This document shows positions 41,191 to 54,376 of a DNA stretch of 64,000 nt, in pieces. Each line of letters starts with the position of its first letter. Within the stretch, counting starts at the first letter, position 1. The stretch lies in the NCBI RefSeq assembly GCF_009914755.1, contig NC_060933.1; one strand, written 5' to 3'. This stretch comes from the human T2T-CHM13v2.0 reference genome, Homo sapiens. Made by a program: the position numbers and the translations under genes. The notes below the pieces were generated by a model. The model was not told the DNA's origin, ran no database searches, and was given only the letters and a program-made list of their open reading frames with translations.

Positions 41191-41619
41191 ATTCATATAT
41201 TCAGCCGTAACACAATTGTTTGGCACATAGAGCATATTCAATAAACATTTTCTGAACTAACAAATAAATTAATGTCCAAATCCCTCTCTCACTTAGCATC
41301 ATGCACACTGTACGTGGTAGATGCTTAGTAAATTTTTATCAGCTGATAGCAGGTGCCTAAGAAGACATGAAGACTGGCGAAATCAGCACCATCACCCTAC
41401 TCTGGGCATGGGCACTGGGTGGGGGCAGGGAAGGAGAGAGGGAAGGGGAGGAGGAGAGGAGGAGAAGGAGGAGGAGGAAGAGGAGGAGTTGTTTGGGGGA
41501 AGGCTAGATGACATCTCAGCTAAATGGGAGGAAAGGTTACAGAGGCAGAGGGAGCTGAGGACATCAAGGTATTTTCAAGCAAAGGAGAGAATGCATGTGT
41601 CTCTTTCCACTCCACTTAC

Positions 41620-41696
41620 TGGATTTGTGATAGAGAAACTTCCCATCAGTATCTGTTTTCTCATAAGCTCCAGACGTCTCCTCACAGACACCTTTC
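41620..41696 (-). CDS. AMBP: AMBP exon 3 (KGVCEETSGAYEKTDTDGKFLYHKS)
   Basis: 77 nt, phase 2-1, donor GTAAGT. Confidence 0.96.
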
Positions 41697-42199
41697 CTAG
41701 AAATGAACAAATCAAAAGGAAGGTCACTCCTGGTAGAGATCATGGTCCTGACACTCAACCCTCCTGCAGGGCTCTTTCCAAATGCCTTGGTTTTGGGGTT
41801 TTTTTGTTTGTGTGTTTTTGTTTGCTTTTTAATTCGGAAATGAACATTTCCAAATGTCTTGTTTAATCCTCACACTAGCCCTGAGAGACCCCCATTTTCC
41901 ATATGATGGAGGGACAAAGAAGAAGAGACAAATCCATGCCATCCTCCTGGCAAAGCCAGCACTAATGCCGCCTTCCTTAATCAAATCTACACATTATACT
42001 GAGGCAGGAGGAGCTGGAGTGATGAATTCCTACAGTCATCCATGTATTGTTCTGTGTCTCTCTTGCCCCAGTTTTCTCATTTATAAAATGGGGATCATGA
42101 TAGTTTCTACCTCACATGGTTAGTGTGAGGGTCAACTGACACATATGTAAAGAACTTGGAGGAAGCACTATATACGAATTAGCTATTATTGTTACAATG

Positions 42200-43180
42200 A
42201 GCACTATTTATCCAATGGATATTTATTGGGCAGCACCTATGTGGCAAGCCCTGTGCTACATGGCAGGGATACATGAGAGAGCAAGACAGACCCCATTCCC
42301 TGGGGTTCCTGGAGCTTGCAATTGCGTGGGTCAGGCAGGCAGGTGAGAGGCAGATGCAATCAGTGTGAGAAGTACCACATGGGGGTAAGTGTGAGGTCCT
42401 CTTCGGGCACAAAGAAGGGCATGTAACCTGAACCTGGGTGTCTGGGAGGGCTTCCTGGAGGAGGTGACATGAAACCTGAGTTCTGAAGAATCCACAGGAA
42501 CTAATTAGCCCAGGGAAATGAGGAGAGGTGCTCCCAGTAAAAGGGACATCAGGTGCAAGGACCTGGAGGCGTGAGAGTTCCAGAACTGAAAGCAGGTTCA
42601 CGTGAGTAGGACTCAGAGTACATAGCAGAGTGTGTGGCAGGAGTTCTGGGTGCTGGGAGGGTCCTGGAAAGCCACATCAAGAGTTTGAATCTTACTCCCA
42701 GGGCACTGGGGAGTCATGGAAGGGTCTCGAGCAGATGTGAGTTTTCAAAAGGTCTTTCTGGTTACTGGGTGAAGAGGGGATGGGGTGGAAGGGTGGAGGT
42801 CAGAGGTGAGGAAAGAGTAGAGAGGTTGTGGCAGACAACCAGGAAAGAAAGGGAGGTGGCTTGGACCAGGATGGTGGCAGTGGAGAGGGGAGAAGTGAAC
42901 AGGTTGGGGGGGATTTAGGAGGAGAATGGGCAGGACTTGATGATGGGTGACAGGGGAGAGAGGAGCCCAGTTCCCAGGTTGGGTCCCTGGGGGGCTGAAG
43001 TACCCACACTGGGCTAAGGAATGCCCAAGGGGGAGGAGCAGTTTGCAGAACAGGCACAGTGCTGGGACACTGCCCTCGAGGAATAGATAGGACACCTGAA
43101 AAGGGCCGTCCTGGTGGAGGAGCGTAGAGGGATCTGGGGTTCAGCGGGAAGGTCCTGACTGGAAGCAGAGATCTGCAACT
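42200..43180 (-). mobile_element. L2 LINE fragment
   Basis: ATTTATTGGGCAGCACCTATGTGGCAAGCCCTGTGCTA...GGGCTTCCTGGAGGAGGTGACA...GGCTTGGACCAGGATGGTGGCAGTGGAGA; boundaries approximate. Confidence 0.75.
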
Positions 43181-43257
43181 TCCCAGGATGGACGGGGCTG
43201 GGAAGGTTGTGGGTCTCTGGGTCTCTCTCAGCTTTCCAGCCCCACCCTAGTGCTCAC

Positions 43258-43400
43258 CGCCAACGAGTGCTGGTCATGCTGATCTCCGCCTCTGTAGCGC
43301 CCTCTCCCAGCACCAGCGTGCTCACTGTCATCCTGTCCATGATCTTCTTCAGCCAGGGGCAGGTGGAACCGATGGCCAGGTTGTACCACTTCCCATAGAT
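43258..43400 (-). CDS. AMBP: AMBP exon 2 ([48 protein letters not shown])
   Basis: 143 nt; lipocalin SCR1 GxW motif; reactive Cys in STCPW. Confidence 0.97.
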
Positions 43401-44752
43401 CTAGGAGGCAGGTGAGCTCTGGGGGTCTGCATCAGTCTCAGACCTCAAAGCAGACCTGGCTGACATCTGCTCCCCACCCTCCACCTCCTCCTCTTCCTCC
43501 TCCTTCTCCTCAAAATGACTTATCCTTTTAAGGGATAATGTCTTACAACTAATCAGAGGCCACACACCTTCAAGGGAGGCCAGATCCCTAAGAGTGGCGT
43601 TTCAGGCATCACAGCGAACCCAGGAAGCAGGTGTGCGGCTGGGGTCCCAACCTGCCCTGCAGAAGGGCTAACTCTCTCAAGATGTGGGATCTGTCCATAG
43701 CTCCATCAACCACTGCTCCCCAAGAGCTGGAGTCCTGTCTTTTACTCCTCCAATGATGGGGTGCTCCCCACCTTGCAAGGCAGCCCACAGCCCCATGTTA
43801 GGAATTATTTCAAAAGTATAATGAACATGATGGGGTCATTCAGGATAGGCCTGCTTCCTCTTCCTCCTGAAAGTGCACGGGACAGCTGAAGGAGCCCTCA
43901 GGCTCCTACGGAACAGGCCAATGTGCCCCACACCCTTTGCGTCCCAGACTGCCACAGGGACCTGCTCCTCATTGCCCCTCTGCCACGACCTTTCCTTGTC
44001 CCTAAAAGTAAACAAAACCCACATGACACCACAGCTAGAAGGTTCTGAGACCCTTCATACAGACATGGAGACAGCCCCAGGTGGGCAAGGGTATTCTCAA
44101 AGCCACCCCGGGATTTAGGGCAGAGTGGGGGCTGGAAGGCAGCTCTGGCACTCCACACTCACAGGAGAGTGTCCTGCCCCAGTCCAGGTCTCTCCTTGTG
44201 CCCAAGCCTCTGAATGTCTCCCAACCCTAATCTCTGTCCTGCTTCACCTCTTCCCATAAGCCCCACATGCCCAACCCAAAAGCTGCTGGCCACATGCCCA
44301 CGCTGTGCCACCCCAGGTGTCTGTCCACAGTCAGGCCAGGATGTGGGCAGGGGACACAGGAAGAGCTAAGGGAAAGATGCCACAGAGAGAGGGGAGTCAT
44401 TAGAGAAGGAAGGGCTGGGAGGTCTGGGCAAAGCTAGGTGTCTGCACGGGGGCTGCAGGGCAGTGGCAGGCAGGACAAAGCCTTCTCTGGAGCAGGTTCC
44501 CATTAACACAAGGGTTCCCCTTGGAGCCCACGAGGACAGTGCAGAAGGTGAGGATGTTTGACTCATAGAATGTCAGCCAAGAGACCCACGGAATGGCAGG
44601 GGATAGAGCTGTACCTTCAAAGGATCCCATAATCCCAGATGATCTGAGTGGAAGCCTGAGACCCCGAGACAGGCCGCACTTGCCCAGCAGGGCCCATCTG
44701 CCTGGACTCCCCATCACCACATCCACCCTACCACAGAGAGCGGCAGCCTTAC

Positions 44753-44869
44753 CCGAGAGATATTGAAGTTTTCCTGCACTTGGATGTTGTCGGGCGGCGT
44801 TGGCACAGGGCCAGCGCTCACCGCCAGGCAGGCGCTCAGCAGCAAGAGCAGGGCCCCGAGGCTCCTCAT
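44753..44869 (-). CDS. AMBP: AMBP exon 1 CDS: signal peptide and N-terminus (MRSLGALLLLLSACLAVSAGPVPTPPDNIQVQENFNISR)
   Basis: GCCATG start; donor CGG|GTAAGG; 117 nt. Confidence 0.97.
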
Positions 44870-44939
44870 GGCTATGGGCTCCTCTGCCTTGGTATATCCC
44901 ACAGGCTCGGTCTAGCAACAGAAGGGCCACCGCCTCCCT

Positions 44940-45130
44940 GCAACAGGGCAGCTGTGAACTGAGGCTGGGGAAGGGGCCTGTGGCTTGTAGTTGACCTCAG
45001 TGTTTGCCCTGCTCAGCTGGGGCCAATTACAGCCCCAAGGACAGCTCCAATCGATCCCTGTAGCCTGGCTGGGGTCAGCAGTACCAAGAGGCCGGGATGG
45101 CTGCTTCAGAAGAGGCATTGGCCAAGCACA
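44940..45130 (-). promoter_or_regulatory. AMBP: AMBP proximal promoter / 5'UTR region
   Basis: Nuclear-receptor half-site TGACCT at 44992, FOXA-like TGTTTGC at 45001, ONECUT-like AATCGAT at 45049. No clear TATA box; the TSS cannot be placed from sequence. Confidence 0.5.
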
Positions 45131-45872
45131 ATAGGGCCCTGGAGCACCAGGATTGGGCTCCGCCCCCCAAAAGTCCCCCACAGAGGGCATGCGAGGATGG
45201 GGAGCGACCTGGCCTTTCTGCTGAGTCATGCCATCTGGACCTCACAGCTCTGTGAGCCAGCAGGTCAAGCCTGATTGGGCCCATTTCTCACAGGAAAAAA
45301 CTGAGGCCCAAGGAGAGGAAGTGACTTGCCAGAGACCTCAGGGAAGTCTATGGGCAGAGCCAAGACCAGAACCCAGGTATCCTGTCTCCAGAGTTCCTTC
45401 TCCAGCCCCCAGGCTTGCCCTAGCCTTTGCAAATAATAGAGACATTAACAATGATGACTGTTACGAGCTTCCGTTCACTGAGCACCTGCTATGTGCTGGC
45501 TGTGTACCAGGCACTTTACACGTGCCACAGGTGTCCAGTAAATCCCCACAACAAGCTTACGAAGTAGGTGCTATTTGTCCCCTTTACAGGCAGAGGAGTT
45601 GAGTCTCCAAGAAGTGAAGTGACTTGCCCAGAATCCCTCAGCCGGGAGTGGAGTAGCTGGGAAAGGCGTGGTAGAGACCATGGACGTGGGAGCCAGGCAG
45701 CCTACAGTGGCACTCACTGCTGTGTGACCTTGGGCAAGTCACTTTACCTTTCAGTGCCTTGGTTTCCTCATCTGTAAATGGGGATAATAATAGTTCCTAG
45801 CTCCTAGCATTGTTGAGTGAGCACCTGCAATGCGCTAGGACAGTACCCAGCATAGAGTAAGAGCTGAGTGTT

Positions 45873-46286
45873 TGTGGTGGGTTGAACAGTGCCCCCTCCA
45901 GAATCCATGTGCACCCCGAACCGCAGAATGAACCTGATTTGCAGATGTGATTAGTTAGATGAGGTTGAACTGGATGACAGGGGTTTTAAATCCAATGACC
46001 GGTATCTTTATAAGAGAATGGTGAGGGAGACTCAGACACAGGGACACAGAGAGAAGCACGGGGAAGATGTGGCGTGACGCCGAAGGCAGAGATGGGAGGG
46101 ATGCAGTGACACGTCAAAAATCACCAAGGATTGATGGCAGCCACCAAAAGCTAGCAAAAGGCAAGGAAGGACTTTTCCCCAGAATCTTCAAAGGGAACAT
46201 GGCTCTGCTGAAAATTTGGTCTCAGGTGTCTGACCTCCAGTGCTGAGAGAAGACACATTTCCTAGCAGCCCTAGGAAACTAATACA
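45873..46286 (+). mobile_element. MLT1 (MLT1C-like) MaLR solo LTR
   Basis: TGTGGTGGGTTGAA...GCAGCCCTAGGAAACTAATACA. Confidence 0.85.
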
Positions 46287-46310
46287 GTAGTTATTAAACT
46301 TAAGGTTTTA

Positions 46311-46612
46311 TTTATTTATTTATTATTTTGAGACGGAGTTTCACTCTTGTCGCCCAGGCTGGAGTGCAGTGGTGCGATCTCGGCTCACTGCAACCTCCAC
46401 ATTCTGGGCTGAAGTGATTCTTGTGCCTCAGCCTCCCGAGTAGCTGAGATTACAGGTGCCCACCACCATGCCTGGCTAATTTTTGTATTTTTAGTAGAGA
46501 CAGCGTTTCACCATATTGGCCAGACTGGTCTCTAACTCCTGACCTCAGGTGATCCTCTCACCTCAGCCTCCCAAAGTGCTGGGATTACAGGCGTAAGCCA
46601 CTGCGCTCAGCC
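46311..46612 (-). mobile_element. AluS with TSD
   Basis: Full dimer; flanks TAAACTTAAGGTTTTA and TAAATTTAAGATTTTA. Confidence 0.95.
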
Positions 46613-47659
46613 TAAATTTAAGATTTTAAATGAGAATTTTTTAAAACCCAGGTCCGTTGTCTGTGAGCTCACACTCTTGCCAGCAATACCAAAGGCCTCT
46701 CTATGAATTTCCCTTCTCCAGTGGTTAAATCTACTGTCCTTACTTCCTCCCTGCTCTTGGCATGGAACATTCCATACTCTCAGCCACCTCTCTGTTAGAG
46801 CTGGGAATGACCCCTTCGGGCAGGCAGTCCCAAGATTAAGACCCCTGCTTATGTGAGAATCAAAGGATTCCCCCATGTAGTCAGTGCAGAAACAAATGGT
46901 GTATCATGTCCCTTCTGTAAGATTCAGTCAGTACATCCCTCTTTCACTGGTATCCAGAACAAGTGTGCTTCTATTCATAAATGTGTTTCCTTTGCTCCGT
47001 CACCCTAACCTTGGCCAGTGATTATATTCCCTTCTTGCTTTGGCTGCTAGGAAGCTCAAAGCCATGATGTAAGTTTAAGCACAGTTACTGTCTTGGTTTA
47101 GCTTTCTGGGACAGTTATCTTCGTGTTCCTTGTGTTCACAAAGTTTCTCAATCTTTGATGTTTTAGTTAATGATGGTAATGAGGAGGTGGTAGCCCCCAA
47201 CTTCTCCTTGTTCTGCATGATATTGGAGGTGGCTTTCCCTCGCTAAAGACCACTTTCCGTATCTGTGAACGGAAGAAAACAGTTCTTGTTCTGTCTGTCA
47301 AGAGGCCAAGAGAGACAATGTGTGAGGAAGTGAACTGTAAACTGTCCACTGCCTTACCTGTGTGGTGGCTCAGGGGTGTCTGCCATTGGAGGAGGCAGGC
47401 CTGGTATAAGAATAAATAAATAACAATGAATCATTAATAGGAATAAAATCATCCTACTAAGCCCGCTTACAGTGCACCAAGATGGCTCGCTGACCTTCAT
47501 GTTGGGCCTGCGTGACTACAGTTATCAACCCCATGGTCCAGATGGGAAGCCTGAGACGCGCAGGGGTGGAGAAGCCCCAGTCCTAGCCTCTCTTGGACAG
47601 GGCTGTTCATTCAGTTGCACAGCCTCTCCTGGGGGTGGGGAGAGGCCCAGAGGATAAGT

Positions 47660-47790
47660 CCAGGATGTTGATTTCTTCTCCTGCCTCCAGGAATGTTTGT
47701 GCTCCTGAGATTATTAACCAGAGCAAACAGAGAGAGTAAATGCTGCCAAGGGCCACTTGGACTTTTGACTGCTTTTTAAAAATTAACCTG
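47660..47790 (-). promoter_or_regulatory. AMBP: Liver-type enhancer of AMBP (HNF1, FOXA and HNF4 site cluster)
   Basis: HNF1-like GGTTAATAATCTCA (47706-47719, -) and GGTTAATTTTTAAA (47775-47788, -). FOXA-like TGTTTGT at 47694, TGTTTGC (-) at 47723-29, ATTTACT (-) at ~47735. HNF4-like GTCAAAAGTCCA (47758-47769, -). Confidence 0.8.
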
Positions 47791-49309
47791 GGGACACAAG
47801 TTGCAAGACCAACAGTGGTCAGACAGCTGCTGCCCCCTCCTCCCCTTCTGGCTGCTGGGGTGGGAGGATGGAGGCTCTGGGGTCCCTGCCCTCCTAGGGG
47901 GCCCAGGGGTCTAAGAGTCCATGGGAATTGCTAGGTTCTGAAACCATTTGGTTGTGGGGGAGGGTCTTGCCCCTCACAGGAGGCCTCAGAGCCTCAGGGG
48001 TACCCAGTGCAATGTGGAATAGAGGCCTCGATTTTCAGATGCACATACTGGGGCTCAGGGAGGGGATGGGACTTGGTCAAGGTCACCCAGTGTGTGGCCG
48101 AGTCGGGGCCAGATAGGCCTGACTGTGGCACCCAGGCTCTCCCCTCATCATTTATTCTTGTGTCTACTTGTTCTTTTGCCAAATACACACTCCATGCTTG
48201 GTGCTGAGGACAGGATGGGCATATGACAGGCCTCCCAGAGCTCCCTTGAGGCCTGGGGTTGGGGAACAGACGAGGTGAGAAGGTGATAAGACAGGATGGT
48301 TGCTGCAGTGATCAGGGAAGCAGAGGCCGGGACAGGGGAGTCAGACTCCAAGAGTAGGAGTGAGCTAGACAACAGTGCAGTGGGATGGGTGCATGGGGGA
48401 GGGGAGTGGGTTCCATGCACAGGGAACAGCAATTGCAAAGGCTTAGGGAAGAAAATAGAAAATTATTTTTATTTTTATCCAAAAAATACAAATAAATCCA
48501 CAGGTCTGGAGCTTGGGGACAGAAGGGAGTGGTGAGAGTGAGGCTGGGGAGGTGGCTGAGGTCCAGTAGGTGGGATCGTGTTGCCGTCCCAAGGGGTGTT
48601 GCTTGGGAGTGCACAGGGGCACTGGTGGGTTTTCAGAAGTCAAGGTCAACCAGATTAGTAATCGGGAGAGATCAATCAGGAGGTAACGTAAGCTGGAGAC
48701 CCAGGAAAGCAACTCCTTAGGAGATTTTCCAGGAAGAAGGAAGGGGCCGGGCCAGGGCACTAGGACCCAGTGACTGGACCCACAGGGACATCAGGGACAT
48801 TGACTGGGAGTCAGACCAGAGGGTGTGGTCAACCTTTGAGTCCTCCTCTGCCAATGGTGGAATGATAAGGTGACTTTCTCCGTGACAGGAGGCCTTGCCT
48901 CCAATGTCTGACCTTGCTCAATTTCCATGGCCTCGTGCCACAGCCTGTCCACTCAGGGTCCTCATGGCATAGCTGGAGGTGCACAGCACCCATAACTCCA
49001 TGACTGGTGATGTGGAGGGGTGTTCTCACTGCCCTGTGATTTCTAGGCATTGTTACTCATCCCTACACCTCCAACCCAAAGAGCAAGTCCACCCAGAGAC
49101 TTGAGTCCTAGTCCTTGTGGCTTGCTGCGGGACAATGGGGCAGTCATTTCCCTCCATGGCTTCAGAGCTGACATAATAACTGAATGAGGGTCACTTGTGA
49201 AAATGCACCCCAAGTGTGTAGATACGTAGGACCCCTGTCATCATGGGCGCTTGGTACCGCATGTGCTCCAGCTAAGGACTCCATACATAGCTGCAACTGC
49301 ACTAAGGTG

Positions 49310-49339
49310 TGAACTTCCCTTGTCCACCAGGGGGCAGCA
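49310..49339 (+). promoter_or_regulatory. CTCF motif
   Basis: TGTCCACCAGGGGGCAGCA closely matches the CTCF core; possible upstream module TGAACTTCC 5 nt before it. Confidence 0.65.
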
Positions 49340-49624
49340 GAGAACTTCCCGAAAGAACCACCGGAGTTTGCTCACAGATTGTTCTGTACAGATGGAGACA
49401 GAGGCCAGGAGCAAAGGCTCAAAGAGCTACAATGCGGGCTCGTGTCCAGGCTTCCTTGCCCCAAGCCTACTTAAAATCCCCTGGTGAGTGTAAAACATTT
49501 AGCGTCTACCTTGCCCATCCCTACCCTGCTAGAGAGCTTGATGCTTGGTTGGGGCCCTTAAAAAAAATAGTTTTGCTGGGGAACCAGAATTGGGTGCAGT
49601 TGTTGCAGACCACGAAGGCTACTA

Positions 49625-50005
<381 letters not shown>

Positions 50006-50017
50006 AAGGATCTTTTT

Positions 50018-50190
50018 GTGGGGTGGTGGGGAGGGAGAGGATCAGGAAGAAGAGCTAATGGATGCTGGGCTTAATACCTAGGTGATGGGTATATCTGTGC
50101 AGCAAACAATCATTGTGCCTGTTTACCTATGTGGCAAACCTGCAGATCTGCACATGTACCTCAGAACTTAAAAAAAAAGTTGAAGAAAAA
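50018..50190 (+). mobile_element. Old L1PA 3'-end fragment
   Basis: GCTAATGGATGCTGGGCTTAATACCTAGGTGATGGG...CACATGTACC..GAACTTAAAA. Confidence 0.85.
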
Positions 50191-51718
50191 AATAATCTTA
50201 TTATGCTGGTAGCCCTATTTTGCAGGTAGGGAAACTGAAGCTAAGACATCAGGTGATCATGCGTTGAAGGTCACCCAGACATTAAATTCAAACCAAGATC
50301 TGTCTCTGTTAACACTTAAGGCACTCTGCTGACCCTATCTCTTGTCTCTTGGCTAGATCTTAGGCCACGTTCTTTAGACACTTGGAGCTGATGAGTCTCC
50401 CTTCATTGGACTCTTCACAGCCGAAGTCAGGCCTATTTCTCCCTTCCCCAGCCAAGGGTCACCTCAGCGTCTGCTATATCAAGTCCAGACCTTCTCTCCC
50501 TCCTTGGGGCCCAGCACTGTGCTGGGTGCATAATAGGCGCTCAGCCAACAGTGCTGACTGACTTACTCAGAACCATGGGGGAGATTTAGGTCGGATCCCA
50601 AGAAGGACCACCCACGCAGAAGACAGCTGAGGGAGACTGGGAAATTGGACTCACCACATCCAAAACCCCTTAACCTTATGTCCAATGAATGAGCAAAGGA
50701 AGGAATGACTGGGCTCTCAATGGCAAAATTTATAAAGCAAAGACCCCTTGCTCTGTGGTGGCTTGTCTTCGAGTCATCAAATTTGAGTTTGTCTGTGTAT
50801 TATGGCCTGGAGTACACCCAAGGCATTGTCCAACATGCTGTGATGATTAAGCTGCTGAACTTTATATCCAGACAGACCTGGGTTCTAGTCATGACTGCAA
50901 CCCTTTCCTGCCTGTTTGATCTTAGCTAAGTGACTTCACCTTTCTTTCTCTTCTGTTAAATGGGGTTAATAAGAGCTCATAGCGGTGTATGAGAATTAAA
51001 TGATGAGAAGCATGTCATGTCCTTGCTCCTTGGAGAGAGCTTAGTCAATAATAAACGTTGGCCCTGGGTCGGGGTGCCCTTAGATGTTGTCAATCCAGGT
51101 TCCTGATTGCAGGAGTGGGTGGCTTAGCCTGGAGAAGCACTCCTGCCCTTATAATCTTTGGAGCTCAGAGTGTCTTTGAGATCAGAGCGCCCTGGGGACA
51201 GAGCTTGTGGCCCAGGATCTAGCTCCTTTTGCACCCCTGAGGAAAGGGTTACCAAAGAATAAACTTCCAAAGGCCTTGTCTGTGTCCAGGAAGGGGACGC
51301 AGGCATATTCCTGCTTGTTGCAGGCCAATCTTATTGTCCATTGAAGCAGGACCTCCAGGAACCTGCCCCAACTCCTGGCTGACCGAGTTGATGCAACCCA
51401 GCATCTCTGGAAGGACTAAAATTGCTCTTTCCTGAAACCACGAGGCAAGCTGAGCTCTCTGGAAATTCCCACCGGCCTTTCTTCAGTGAAGACAAATGGA
51501 TTTCTCTGAATCAGTTGCCTTGGAAGGGCAGTGGGAACTCTTCCCTGGCTCTTGCCCTTGGGCGACAGAGTACTTCTTTCCACTCCTTTCCCTGGAAGAA
51601 TCTGTGTTAGGAGGGTCTCCCTGGAGGAAGGAGCCAGCCGAGCTGGATGTCAACAAGTTCATGAGTCTGTAGTAATGAGAGTCCAGAAGTTGACACAATT
51701 CCTCCCCCGCAAGTAATG

Positions 51719-51812
51719 ATAGAATGTTTGTGCTGAAAGCATCCGTTAGTAATAATAACAGCAATAACAACTAGCATTTATTTAGCACTAACCATGTGCC
51801 AGGCTCTGTTCT
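51719..51812 (+). repeat. 94-bp dispersed direct repeat, copy 1
   Basis: 85/94 identical to 55049-55142, no gaps. Confidence 0.9.
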
Positions 51813-54010
51813 GAACAGTTTATACGAATTCACTTCTAGTTCTCACATCATCCCCTGTGAGCATGTATTAACTCCTCATAGGGTAAACCAATTTTATCCC
51901 CACTTTACAGAGGAGGAAACTGGGGTTCAAAGAGATTCACTCTTTTGCCCAGCCTCCCACAGCTGGTATGTTGGGCAGACAGAGGGTGAGAAAGGGAGAG
52001 GGTTTGCCCAAAGTTCTGTAGCCTGGAGACCACAGAGATGTCCTGCCTCCACCCAGGGCCCTGCCCCATGGAGAAAGACTGGGCTGCAGGGCTGCACTTC
52101 TAATTGTCTAGATTCCAGCTCAGGCACCGGGTAGTTTTTAGAGAATCCCTTTGGTATTGGGGTGGTGAAGGATCCACCACCGGCGGGGAGGTTGAGAAAG
52201 TCCCTTCCTCTGCCTCGTCAAAGTGCCTCTGCGTGGTCTGGCCTTGCTGGATCGTGCCGGGCTTTGGTGGAGAACAATGTCTCTAGGAAGGCACCCCAAC
52301 TATCCTCAGGGGTTCCTAAGTTGGACAGAAGCTGATCCTCTACCTGTCCTTCCTCTGTGGTCCCACTGGGTGGCACCTGGCATGGTGGTTGAGGCCAGCC
52401 AGGTTCAAATCCCGCTTCTGCCACCCACTGGCTGCGTGACCTTGGGCAAGTTCTGAGGCCCTTCCTGCCTTGGTTTCCTCACTGCAACATGACAATACTG
52501 ACAGTACCTACTTCTCAGAGTTGTGAGAAATGAGCGAGCTAACACATGGCAAGCGCTGGGAGCAGTGCCTGGCACCAGAGAAACTTGCTAATTGCTATTA
52601 TTTGTTCCCTTGCCTCCTGATTGTCACTTTGCTTGTCCTTTCCCCCACTTGGTTGGAAGCTTCTTGAGAAGAGGGCAGTGGCCCAGGGTCAGGCTGCTGT
52701 CACTTGTATCCAGCAGAGGCGGCCTGGCCTCCAAGTAGGGGCTTGGTGAACATGTGATAATCAGGAGAGCCACACACTGGATGAGGGTTCTTGAGAAAGA
52801 CACGTCTGCCCAACTTTCAAAAAAGTCCTCTCAAAGGTCTTCTTTGCCGGCCCGTGTAGATGCCAGTGACAGCCAGGGACTTGTCTGACATACACAAGAG
52901 GTCTGTGTCAAGGCAGGCTTTGAACCCAGGTCTCCAGATTCCAGTCATGGTCTCCAACCCCAGCACTAACCCATCTACAAGTTCCAGTAGCTTCCAGTCT
53001 GTGGTTCATAACAAGACCACGCCTACTTGCCCGACCTGCCCTGCCATGCTTGTTTGCCTAAAATAAAGGAAGATGAGTCGCTGGATGCTAAACAAGAAGA
53101 TAGAAATGGAAAAAGGACATTGAAGAGGACACAGAATATGCCATGAAGGGGCTGAATCCTATCAGAAACGGGCTGGAAATGAATATGAATTTGGAGCAAA
53201 TGTGTCATTAGGCAAAGAGAAGAAAGACCTTGTGGGAGGGAAAGCAGGCCCATTTGGGATGCTGAGAGAAGGCTGGTATGGCTGAAGCAACAGGATGTTC
53301 TTGGCAAGAGGGTCTTCACAAACTCTCATAACGACTCCAAGTTTTGGGGTCCATCTGGGAGTTGGCCCCCCAGACAAGGCCTCACAGCCTTTTATGTACA
53401 AGTGTCCACAGGAGTGCTCTTCTAGAAGCTTGTGCCATCCAACTGCAACGCTTTCTGCCATGCTCCTCATCGTGCAATGAGAGGGGGCTGAGAGTTGGGA
53501 TCCCCAAGGATCTGGAAAACTCAACCAAGGATCTGGGCAGCCAGCACTCTAGAAACCCATGGGTGGCCTTCAGAACTCTGGTGAATGTCCCTTACCCACT
53601 ACATCCCTGCCCAGCCAAAGATTCCAGAGAATCCCTCCCGACTTGTCTACAGTGTTTTAAAATTTCAGAAAGATCTTCTAGGGGTTTGGAATCCTGGAAA
53701 ATTCCTGTAGTGTCTCAGGATTTCCAAGAGCTTCCCCCAATTCTAATGTTCCGAAGTAGCAGAGACTTTCTTTTGACAGTTCTTGAGAACTACTACCATG
53801 TTTCGGGGTCTAGAGAACTGCCCCCAGGTTCCAGCAATCTGCAGAAGGCCTGTAGATTGCAGGGCTCCAGAAGTGTCCTTCTGAGTCCACAAGTTCTCGG
53901 TAAGTACCAAATGAATTTGAAGGGTCTTGATACATTACTGGGATCCTTTGGAATTCCCTCAGGGTTTAGGGATCCTAGAATTATGGCAGTTCTAGAGGGA
54001 GGATGCTGAC

Positions 54011-54376
54011 TGTATTAGTCTGTTCTCATGCTGCTAATAAAGACATACCCAGGACTGAGTGATTTATAAAGAAAAAGAGGTTTAATGGACTCACAGTTCC
54101 ACATGGCTGGGGAGGTCTCACAATCATGGCAAAAGGTGAATAAGAAGCAAAGGCCCGTCTTACGTGGTGACAGGCAAGAGAGCATGTGCAGGGAAACTGC
54201 CCTTTATAAAACCATCAGATCTTGTGAGACTTATTCACTATCACGAGAACAACACGGGAAAAACCCCAGCCCCATGATTCAATTACCTCCCACCAGGTCC
54301 CTCCCACAATACAAAGGAATTATAGGAGCTACAATTCAAGATGAGATTTGGGTGGGGACACAGCCAAACTATGTCA
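54011..54376 (-). mobile_element. THE1 (B/C-like) MaLR solo LTR
   Basis: TGTATTAGTCTGTTCTCATGCTGCT...CAGCCAAACTATGTCA; 5-bp TSD CTGAC at 54006-10 and 54377-81. Confidence 0.93.

Noticed and set aside
46630-47350. Unclassified sequence between the Alu and the AMBP enhancer, possibly an old retroelement interior or pseudogene
   Set aside because: I could not match it to any family or recover a meaningful reading frame
53344-54009. 221-aa + strand ORF between AMBP and KIF12
   Set aside because: Starts at TTG, runs through low-complexity sequence, has no domain similarity or splice/promoter support, and ends at an LTR edge
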